Source of the DNA: a virus
Taxonomy: Duplodnaviria; Caudoviricetes
Length of the DNA stretch: 64,000 bases
Reading direction: 5' to 3' (one strand)
IMG/VR virus record: IMGVR_UViG_2767802241_000002
Span: 64,001 to 128,000 of that record
A model generated the notes under the pieces. The model ran no database searches, was not told the origin of the DNA, and saw only the letters and a program-made list of their open reading frames with translations. Positions 56,457-64,000 of this stretch are shown here, one piece after another (the stretch's first letter is position 1; each line of letters opens with the position of its first letter). The position numbers and the translations under genes were made by a program.

Positions 56457-57458
56457 ATGCCACAACCTTTAAATATTCAAGCGTTACAGCGAAGCGCTGG
56501 TATCGTCTTTTCAACAGGACATCAAGTACAAGAGCTTGATGCTCGCGTACGCCATAGTATGGCTATGGACAGCGGTTTAATTACAACACCGAATGCCGGT
56601 ATTCCTGCATTATTTACGCAGTGGGTAGATCCGCATGTTATTGAAGTACTTGTTGAGCCAATGAAAATGGCTGAAGCATTTACGGAAGTAAAAAAAGGTG
56701 ATTGGACTACAAGTTCGGCAATGTTCCCGATGGTTGAGTCAGTTGGTGAAACCTCAGGTTACGGCGATTTCAATGAAAACGGTATGAGTGATGCGAACAC
56801 CTCGTTTCCATCTCGTCAGCCATACCACTACCAGACCATTATCCGCGTTGGTGAACGTGAAATGGAAATTATGGGTGCGGCTAAAATTGACTGGGCAAGT
56901 CGTAAACAGATTTCCGCCGTACTAACTTTGAATAAGTTTCAAAATAAATCGTATATCTATGGCGTTAAAGGTCTAGAGAACTACGGCATGATCAATGATC
57001 CTAATTTATTGCCATCTATTACCGACACTGATTGGACTACCAAGGATGGTGGTGAAATTTACGAATCAATTCAAAAACTGTTTAAGCAATTGGTTAAGCA
57101 AACTGGTGGTCTAATTGATCGTAGTGAAAAGATGACCTTAATTCTTTCACCTGATATGGATACTGAATTCACTAAAACCAATCAGTACAACGTGAACGTC
57201 ACTGACCAGCTCAAAAAGAACTTTCCAAACCTTAGTATTGTCACCGTACCTGAATACTCAACAGGTGCAGGGGAGTTGCTACAACTGATCGTTGATGAAT
57301 ATCAAGGTCAAAAAACGGCGGAACTTGCATTTACTGAAAAAATGCGTGTGCATCCGCTTATTCAAGGCAAATCTGGTTGGGAGCAAAAACGTTCGCAAGG
57401 TACTTTTGGTGCAATTATTTACCGTCCATTGTTTATTGCATCTGCCTTAGTTGGTTAG
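56457..57458 (+). CDS. Major capsid protein (DUF2184-like)
   Basis: KKGDWT..LNKFQNKSYIYGV..YGMINDPNL..GAIIYRP. Confidence 0.88.
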   Translation: MPQPLNIQALQRSAGIVFSTGHQVQELDARVRHSMAMDSGLITTPNAGIPALFTQWVDPHVIEVLVEPMKMAEAFTEVKKGDWTTSSAMFPMVESVGETSGYGDFNENGMSDANTSFPSRQPYHYQTIIRVGEREMEIMGAAKIDWASRKQISAVLTLNKFQNKSYIYGVKGLENYGMINDPNLLPSITDTDWTTKDGGEIYESIQKLFKQLVKQTGGLIDRSEKMTLILSPDMDTEFTKTNQYNVNVTDQLKKNFPNLSIVTVPEYSTGAGELLQLIVDEYQGQKTAELAFTEKMRVHPLIQGKSGWEQKRSQGTFGAIIYRPLFIASALVG

Positions 57459-57518
57459 GTTGATCTATAAGTAAAATGCCGCCGTTATGGCGGCTTAATC
57501 ATTTTTGGAGATTATAAA

Positions 57519-57869
57519 ATGGCGTCACAACCACGCACACGCACGAAAGCAGTAGAAACAGTAACAGTGGGATGTAAATTAGCTAACGGTTTCATTATGC
57601 AGGTCGACAATACCACTCTAACCATTAACGGCTTTAATAAAAGCACGGTTATTGGTAGTCATGGCATTACAGAGAAAGTGCCAAAAGATTTTTGGGAAGC
57701 TTGGCTTGCTGAAAATAAAGATCGGAAACTTTGCACTGGTGGTTTTGTCTTTGCGCATGAATCAGCGAAATCAACTGCAGCTGAAGCGAAAGAAAAGTCT
57801 GATAATAACTCAGGCACTGAACCTTTGGACCCCAAAGATAAATCTACAGGTGTGGAAGAGGTGGATTAG
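57519..57869 (+). CDS. Head-associated protein
   Basis: VTVGCKLANG..HGITEKVPKDFWEAWL. Confidence 0.72.
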   Translation: MASQPRTRTKAVETVTVGCKLANGFIMQVDNTTLTINGFNKSTVIGSHGITEKVPKDFWEAWLAENKDRKLCTGGFVFAHESAKSTAAEAKEKSDNNSGTEPLDPKDKSTGVEEVD

Positions 57870-57870
57870 C

Positions 57871-58278
57871 ATGGACGGCGTAGTTGTTTTTGATAAAGAC
57901 AAATTTAGGCAGCTTTATCCAAAATTGGATTTTAATGACGCGCAGCTCGATATGTTTTTCTTGGAAGCAACTATGCTTTTGAATAACACACCATGCAGTT
58001 GTGTCAAAAGCTTAGTCGAGCGTGAATTATTGCTTTTCTTACTGGTTGCACATCTCGCCACACTACAAGCCCGACTAGATTCTGGTAATGAGGCAGTTGG
58101 TCGTGTGGGGAGTGCGTCGGAAGGTAGTGTGTCGGTATCAATGGACTATGGTCAAACTACGCCTGGTGAAAAATGGTATGTGCAAACGCCGTATGGTGCA
58201 AAGTACTGGCAGCTGACGGCACGCTATCGTTCTGCTTTGTATGTTGTGACAAATTATCCAATGCCAGTGAGGCGTTAA
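57871..58278 (+). CDS. Head-tail adaptor (DUF4054-like)
   Basis: LLVAHLA..SASEGSVSVS..QTPYGAKYW. Confidence 0.82.
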   Translation: MDGVVVFDKDKFRQLYPKLDFNDAQLDMFFLEATMLLNNTPCSCVKSLVERELLLFLLVAHLATLQARLDSGNEAVGRVGSASEGSVSVSMDYGQTTPGEKWYVQTPYGAKYWQLTARYRSALYVVTNYPMPVRR

Positions 58279-58704
58279 ATGGTTAAGAAAACAGGTAATT
58301 TGGCGGCTGCTTTAGCCAAGTACGCCAAACCTAGTGTGTCGATGCGTGTTGGCGTGCTGGAGGAAGCAACTTATCCTGATGGCTTGCCAGTTGCTCAGGT
58401 GGCTTTTTGGAATGAGTACGGCACAAAGCGAGCGCCACCACGACCATTCTTTCGGACATTAGTACATGCACAAAAAGACAACTGGATTAAAAGTATTGGT
58501 AATCTGGTTCAGCAAACTGGTGATCCACGGCGCTCTATGTTATTGGTTGGCGAGCAGATCAAAGGTCAATTGGTTGAATCTGTACTGAGTTGGAGTGATC
58601 CACCTAATGCGCCATACACTATTGCTAAAAAAGGATTTGATGCACCGCTGCGCGATAGCGGGCAGTTATCAAGATCATTCAGTGTTGAGGTGAATGATGA
58701 TTAA
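58279..58704 (+). CDS. Neck protein
   Basis: VAFWNEYGT..PPRPFFR..PPNAPYTIAKKG..PLRDSG. Confidence 0.78.
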   Translation: MVKKTGNLAAALAKYAKPSVSMRVGVLEEATYPDGLPVAQVAFWNEYGTKRAPPRPFFRTLVHAQKDNWIKSIGNLVQQTGDPRRSMLLVGEQIKGQLVESVLSWSDPPNAPYTIAKKGFDAPLRDSGQLSRSFSVEVNDD

Positions 58705-59077
58705 TTTACGCGGTATAGCCAATAGTATTATCACTGCAGTAAATCCGAATATTTCAGCCGTGCTCAAAGTAAATGACGGGTACGATGTCAATGATTGTGG
58801 TGATCAAGTGCCCAAGTATTCAGAGCATAAAATCATTATTCAAACGCAAAGTCTCGAGACAAAAGATCTAGAGCATCTCAACTTAGTTAATCAGCAAGGT
58901 CAGTTTATTTACGCTTATGCAAATGGGTGTATCTCTGCACTACGCCGTGCGCTCGGTAAAGGCTCAGAGCAATTGATATTTAAACCGTATGGCGAGGATG
59001 ATGATGTGGTTTGGAATGTAACCAAGGTGATTGAGTCTTATCCAACATGGGTCAAGGTACTTTTATGGCGACAATGA
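58694..59077 (+). CDS. Head closure/neck protein
   Basis: MINLRGIAN..WNVTKVIESYPTW; position. Confidence 0.7.
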   Translation: MMINLRGIANSIITAVNPNISAVLKVNDGYDVNDCGDQVPKYSEHKIIIQTQSLETKDLEHLNLVNQQGQFIYAYANGCISALRRALGKGSEQLIFKPYGEDDDVVWNVTKVIESYPTWVKVLLWRQ

Positions 59078-59556
59078 ATAACATTGACTATCACAATGCA
59101 ATCTACAAAGAAGTCCGGTCATATTTGATCGGGCTTTTTTCATGTGAAGTTATTAAAGGCTATCAGAATGATTCGCCGTTGCCGCAGAACGGCGTTGTTA
59201 TGACGATTATCAGTGAACGTGATACAGATCAAGCAGCTAGTTATTACCAAGAAGAAGAGGGTACTGCTTACGTGCAGAACTCTGTTGAAGTCATGCTGCA
59301 GCTTGATTTTTACGGGGATTGGGCTGCAAGCCGAGCCAGACAAATTGCCAATTTTTGGCGGAGCGAATACACAACTTCAGCACTGAACACTTGCCAACCA
59401 CTGTATAGCAAACAACCTGTGCGATTGCCATTTGTGAATGAACAAAACCAAAATGAACAGCGTTGGCTGTTAGAAGTTTATCTGCAATACAACCCTGAAT
59501 TTAAACAGGATCAAGCTTTTCTTGATCTACCAATAATTAGTACAGAGAGGGCTTAA
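59065..59556 (+). CDS. Tail terminator-like protein
   Basis: QLDFYG..EQRW..LQYNP; before the sheath gene; start approximate. Confidence 0.7.
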   Translation: MATMNNIDYHNAIYKEVRSYLIGLFSCEVIKGYQNDSPLPQNGVVMTIISERDTDQAASYYQEEEGTAYVQNSVEVMLQLDFYGDWAASRARQIANFWRSEYTTSALNTCQPLYSKQPVRLPFVNEQNQNEQRWLLEVYLQYNPEFKQDQAFLDLPIISTERA

Positions 59557-59557
59557 G

Positions 59558-61024
59558 ATGCTTCCATCAATTCCTGCAAGTAATATCGTCAACATTAATC
59601 CCGCCGTTGTCGGCACAGGGGGAACACCATTAGCACTCAATGCGGTGGTATTAAGCGATAGCAGTATTTACCCCATTCGTGAATACAATAATGCCGATGC
59701 TGTTGCAGATGCGTTTGGTATTAATAGTCACGAACATCGTTTCGCTCAGATTTATTTCAATGGTATTGAAAATGCCACACTGGTTCCAGAGTCATTATTT
59801 ATTGCTAAATATAATACTGGTGATGTTGCTGCAAAATTAATTGGCGCAAGCTTGCGAACGCGAGAGCTTGCGGATATCCAAAAAATTAAAGGTCAGCTCA
59901 ATATTTCAGTTGATGGTGTTGTTATGGCTGCCGCGATTGATCTATCTAGAGCAACAAGCTTTAGCAATGCAGCAGAGGTGATTACGACGCTAGTAGGCGT
60001 GCTTTGTTATTTTGATACGCAAATTCAAGCCTTTATTATCAAGTCGACCAGTACAGGGGGAAGCTCTGCATTATCCTTCGCAACTGGTGATGTGGCTGAC
60101 AGTCTAGGATTATCGAAACAATCTGGTGCTATTGTTGATAATGCATCAACAACGGACACGGTTGAGTCTACTGTAAAACGAATTACAGGCTATACCCTAA
60201 ATTTTGCTTCCATTACTTATATTGGTCACTATTTTAATATTGATCTATGTAAGCAGATTGCTAAATGGAATAGCCAGCAAAATAGTCGTTATTGGTTTGT
60301 TTATTACAATGAAGAACCTACGGCGCTTATGCCAAATAATGACACTTGTTTTGGTGCATGGCTCAAAGAATATGAAATCGATGGTACTACGCCAATTTAT
60401 GGTGGTTTAGAGCAAGCTGCCCTAGCTTGCAGTTATGCTGCTTCGATCAATTTTAATGAAATCAACGGTCGTGCGACCATGGATTTTAAAGGTCAATCAG
60501 GCATGGCTGCCACAATTACCGATCAAGATGATGCTAAAGCACTAGAAAGCAATGGATATGCTTATTATGGCGCATGGGCTACAGCCAATGATCGTTTTGT
60601 CTTTTTCCGTCATACCGTAGTGTCAGGCAAGTTTAAATGGGTGGATGCTTATTTAAATCAAGTTTACTTCAACTCACAGCTACAACTGGCTTATGTGACG
60701 ATGCTAAAAAACTATAAGTCAGTCCCTTATAACGCTGAAGGCAAAGCCATTCACCGCGCAGCCGCCAAGGATCCAATCGATCAGATGTTTAATTTTGGTG
60801 GGATTCAGGCAGGTGTCACCTTATCGAGTCAACAAAAAGCACTGATCAATCGTGAAGCGGGATTTGATGCAGCAAGTCAACTCTATTCAAACGGCGTAGC
60901 AATGTCAGTTGGCGATGCGACACCACAAATTCGCGGAAAACGTGCATCGCTACCGCTTAAGCTTTGGTACACCGACGGCGGTAGTGTTCACACGGTTAAC
61001 CTTGCTTCAATTAACGTGCAATAA
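59558..61024 (+). CDS. Tail sheath protein (DUF3383-like)
   Basis: SIPASNIVNINP..NGYAYYGAWATAND..WYTDGGSV. Confidence 0.85.
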   Translation: MLPSIPASNIVNINPAVVGTGGTPLALNAVVLSDSSIYPIREYNNADAVADAFGINSHEHRFAQIYFNGIENATLVPESLFIAKYNTGDVAAKLIGASLRTRELADIQKIKGQLNISVDGVVMAAAIDLSRATSFSNAAEVITTLVGVLCYFDTQIQAFIIKSTSTGGSSALSFATGDVADSLGLSKQSGAIVDNASTTDTVESTVKRITGYTLNFASITYIGHYFNIDLCKQIAKWNSQQNSRYWFVYYNEEPTALMPNNDTCFGAWLKEYEIDGTTPIYGGLEQAALACSYAASINFNEINGRATMDFKGQSGMAATITDQDDAKALESNGYAYYGAWATANDRFVFFRHTVVSGKFKWVDAYLNQVYFNSQLQLAYVTMLKNYKSVPYNAEGKAIHRAAAKDPIDQMFNFGGIQAGVTLSSQQKALINREAGFDAASQLYSNGVAMSVGDATPQIRGKRASLPLKLWYTDGGSVHTVNLASINVQ

Positions 61025-61035
61025 GGAGAAGAATC

Positions 61036-61482
61036 ATGGGAATGGGCCATAATCCAAAAACATTAACATCCGCTAATGCTGTGGTGATGATTCGCTGCAA
61101 AGGTGTTTATGACAGCTTTACTCGATTACAGGGATTTCAGGCAGACAATGCTTGGGCATTTGGTGAGGCGACTATCGGTGAAACACGCATGGGTGTGGAT
61201 GGACAGCAATCTGGTGGTTATACACCACATGAAACGCCGTGGACTTTGTACTTAGAGGCAAATAGTCCATCTGTTGCTGTGATGGAAAATATCCGCAAGG
61301 ATTTTAACCAAAATATGGAAACACGTTTGATTGATATCGTAGTTGAGATTCCATCTATTGGCAGTCGTCATGAAGCATCTGGTTTCTGGGTGAATCTCAC
61401 TGGTGGTCCATCAGGGCAGAAAATTTTAGCGGGCAGTCAATATAACTTCCGCCTGGTAGATAACGGCGGAGAACAGATGTAA
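61036..61482 (+). CDS. Tail tube protein
   Basis: LQGFQADNAW..ETRMGVDG..LEANSPS. Confidence 0.82.
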   Translation: MGMGHNPKTLTSANAVVMIRCKGVYDSFTRLQGFQADNAWAFGEATIGETRMGVDGQQSGGYTPHETPWTLYLEANSPSVAVMENIRKDFNQNMETRLIDIVVEIPSIGSRHEASGFWVNLTGGPSGQKILAGSQYNFRLVDNGGEQM

Positions 61483-61892
61483 TGGCACGTAAAGAAAAAG
61501 TTGTAAAAATTGAAAAAGGTCGTGATGTAGGTAAATCATTTCTAATCACTGAAATGCCAATTATGAAGGCAGATCAATGGGCAATGCGCGCATTATTCGC
61601 CTTAGCCAAAGGCGGTACTGATATCGATGGCATTGATCCAAGCGGTGGAATGCTTGAGATGGCGAAAGTCGCTACGTCTGCAATCAAGGGACTAAATAGT
61701 GATGAAGGCATTGAGCTGCTCAATGAATTACTTGAATGCATCAAGATTGTGCCGAGTGGTGGTGTATCCCGCGATGTGCTCTGGGATGATGATGTTGAAG
61801 ATATTTCAACGTTATTTGTGCTGCGAAAAGAAGCCTTAATGTTGCATATCGATTTTTTAACTTCAGGCAGTTCCCAAGATTCGAGCAACTAA
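61482..61892 (+). CDS. Tail assembly chaperone
   Basis: GRDVGKSFLITEMP; slippery T TTT TTA near the end. Confidence 0.8.
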   Translation: MARKEKVVKIEKGRDVGKSFLITEMPIMKADQWAMRALFALAKGGTDIDGIDPSGGMLEMAKVATSAIKGLNSDEGIELLNELLECIKIVPSGGVSRDVLWDDDVEDISTLFVLRKEALMLHIDFLTSGSSQDSSN

Positions 61893-62095
61893 AAGCTGGA
61901 CTGCCAATCCGTGACGATGTCCTTGCTAAAACCATCAATGTAAGCACCACAGCCAGTCAAGCTTTACAGACTGGCATGGTGACTTATGTTGAATTAGATA
62001 GCGTGTTAGGGCTTGAGGATGTACTCAATGTAATTGAAGTGCATCAAGTTGCTGAATTTAACAAACAAATTATTAGAGGTGCTGCTCATGAGTAA
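61853..62095 (+). CDS. Tail chaperone -1 frameshift extension
   Basis: TTTTTTA at 61853-61859 in X XXY YYZ register; -1 frame open to TAA 62093-62095. Confidence 0.72.
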   Translation, partial: FFNFRQFPRFEQLKAGLPIRDDVLAKTINVSTTASQALQTGMVTYVELDSVLGLEDVLNVIEVHQVAEFNKQIIRGAAHE

Positions 62096-64000
62096 TATTG
62101 TAGAGGCTCTTTTTGTTCAGCTTGGTTTAGACACCAATGGTTATACAGAAGATGCAAAAAAGGCTGTAGATCAAAATAATAAACTTGAAAAGTCTCTCGA
62201 TAAAGTTGAGCAGCAATCTATTACCGCAGGAAAGGCACTGGATGGCTTAAAAGGTGTTTTGTCAGCAGTCACTAAAACAGTGGCAGGAATGGCCGCCGTG
62301 ATTGTGGCAGGTACTGGTCTTGCTAAACTCGCCCAAGAGGCACGCCAAGCCAATGATGAACTGTATTTCTTAGAAAAAAACCTCAATATGTCGGCTCAAT
62401 CTATATCTGCATGGCGTGGTGCTGCTGATGCGATGGGTGGTTCAGCTGAGGGAATGACGGCGACATTAAAAGGTCTTTCTCGTTCAATCAACGATTTTGT
62501 TGTGATGGGCGATGCCTCAATGCTTCCATACTTCAATGCCATGGGCGTGAGTATGGTTGATGCGAATGGTAAAGCGAGAGATATGAACGATGTACTGCTT
62601 GATATGTCTGAATCATTATCTGGTATGAACCAGCAACAAGCCTATAGTCTTGCCTCTAGCATGGGTTTTGATGAGGGTACAATTAACATGCTGTTGCAAG
62701 GTCGAGATGCGTTAAAGGAAACGCTGGATCTGCAAAATAGCATGTACAGTTCCAGCAAAGAAGATTTAGAGAACAGCCGCGAGCTAACGAAGCAACAAGC
62801 CATCATGAATGCGCACTGGAATTCCATGAAGCTGATGATTGGTAATGCTTTGACGCCAGTTTTAACAAAGCTTGTAAAACTGTTTAATCAAATGTTCGAG
62901 TTTTTTCAGAAGCATCAAAATACCATTAAGCATGTCTTTGAAGGGATTGCTGTTGTCATTGGCGCGGTATTAATTCCTGTTTTATATGCCGCAGCTACAG
63001 CGGCGTGGGCTTTGATGGCGCCGTTCATGCCTATGATTCTACTAGTCGGTGCATTGGGTGCTGCATTTATCTTGTTATACGACGACTATAAAACTTGGGC
63101 TGAAGGTGGTGAGTCGCTTTTAGACTGGGGTAAGTTTAAAAAGTTCTTTACGACGACTGTTGAAACCGTTGATAAACTCAAAAAAGGTTTCCATGATCTT
63201 AAAAATGGCTATCAAGACTGGGTTGCGAGCGCGACCAGTAAATCAACAGAATGGTTACGTTTGAAGGGCTTTATTGATGAAAATGGTTTGTCGGTTGATT
63301 CATTGATTAAGGGGTTTAAAAATCTTGCTAGAGAAATGTTAGATAAAGTTATCCCAACTTTGAAAGGCTATGCGTCGATCATCACCAAAATCTTTAGCGG
63401 TGATTTTAAAGGCGCGATGGAAGAAGCTGGGCAGATGATGGAAAACTTTGCTGAGCGTGTTGATTCCACATTTAACGCTGTGAAAGATAAGGTACTTGAG
63501 GTTACGGACACGATTGCGGGTAACGACCCTAATGCAGAAAATTCGCTTACATCTACGGTCGGTAAATACAACCTTGATACTAAATCAGCTGTTTCTGAGG
63601 CAAGAAAAGTCCAGTTGCCTAATCCAAAACTACCAGAATTGGTGAGTGGTGGAAGCTCGCCAGTGCTTGAAAAAGCATCTAAAGAAACAGTTGCAGCTGC
63701 TGATTATGCAGTTGCCCATGCGCTAAAAGCGAGTGAAGGAAAATGCGCAAAATATGTGAATGATTCTTTACGCTCACAAGGCTTTAAAATCTGGGGGCAC
63801 GGTAAAGAAGTTGCGGGCAACTTAATTAAAAGTAATCAAGGGTTTAAAAAAGTCGAATACAACAAAGACTATGTGCCACAAATCGGGGATGTAATGTCGA
63901 TGGGCGCTTATAGTCCTGCGCACAAAGCGCAACAAATCAAAAAGCATAAAGTTGAGGCGGGTCATGTTGCTATTTACACAGAAAAAGGTTGGGTGTCAGA
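62088..64000 (+). CDS. Tape measure protein (runs off window) with CHAP/NlpC-like amidase motifs
   Basis: ATG 62088 after GAGG; helical and Ala-rich; in-frame GKCAKYV..PQIGDV..GHVAIY..GWVS near the window end. Confidence 0.85.
   Translation, partial: MSNIVEALFVQLGLDTNGYTEDAKKAVDQNNKLEKSLDKVEQQSITAGKALDGLKGVLSAVTKTVAGMAAVIVAGTGLAKLAQEARQANDELYFLEKNLNMSAQSISAWRGAADAMGGSAEGMTATLKGLSRSINDFVVMGDASMLPYFNAMGVSMVDANGKARDMNDVLLDMSESLSGMNQQQAYSLASSMGFDEGTINMLLQGRDALKETLDLQNSMYSSSKEDLENSRELTKQQAIMNAHWNSMKLMIGNALTPVLTKLVKLFNQMFEFFQKHQNTIKHVFEGIAVVIGAVLIPVLYAAATAAWALMAPFMPMILLVGALGAAFILLYDDYKTWAEGGESLLDWGKFKKFFTTTVETVDKLKKGFHDLKNGYQDWVASATSKSTEWLRLKGFIDENGLSVDSLIKGFKNLAREMLDKVIPTLKGYASIITKIFSGDFKGAMEEAGQMMENFAERVDSTFNAVKDKVLEVTDTIAGNDPNAENSLTSTVGKYNLDTKSAVSEARKVQLPNPKLPELVSGGSSPVLEKASKETVAAADYAVAHALKASEGKCAKYVNDSLRSQGFKIWGHGKEVAGNLIKSNQGFKKVEYNKDYVPQIGDVMSMGAYSPAHKAQQIKKHKVEAGHVAIYTEKGWVS

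Larger units (their letters stand above)
34470..64000. mobile_element. Prophage 2, contractile-tail temperate phage (right end outside window)
   Basis: xis-like, cI/cro, rep/DnaC, Q, terminase, portal, capsid, sheath, tube and TMP genes. Confidence 0.95.

Noticed and set aside
1-64000. CRISPR array, retron, diversity-generating retroelement or IS element
   Set aside because: No regularly spaced repeat-spacer series, reverse transcriptase motifs or transposase seen; the long repeats are paralogous phage genes

Overview
The window (about 40% GC by eye; Acinetobacter-like gene content, host inferred) is almost entirely two different temperate prophages in tandem. They are joined at a 3' half of tRNA-Val(GAC) (34470-34514, minus strand) that acts as the att core. 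Prophage 1 (<1-34514) is a siphovirus-type element. It runs from replication and methylase genes through Q, packaging, head, non-contractile tail, an SGNH tail spike and lysis, then a HEPN gene, a PAAR/effector/immunity cassette and the integrase. Prophage 2 (34470->64000) starts at an xis-like gene and continues through recombination, cI/cro immunity, replication/DnaC, methylase, Q, packaging, head and a contractile (sheath/tube) tail into a tape measure gene cut by the window end. Its 43.8-52.6 kb part has many single-base indels, probably assembly error. Most notable: (1) an unannotated operon for an Ibs-like 21-aa peptide and a ribbon-helix-helix protein, with a palindromic operator, SD-sequestering pairing and a convergent antisense promoter (54323-54786); (2) a prophage-borne T6SS PAAR-effector-immunity cassette; (3) two different C5 methyltransferases, each with an EcoHK31I-style overlapping alternative-frame ORF; (4) an M23 peptidase with permuted motif order inside a tape measure protein; (5) an orphan second small terminase; (6) repeats whose recombination would excise a complete hybrid phage. 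Family assignments come from motif recognition, not database searches.
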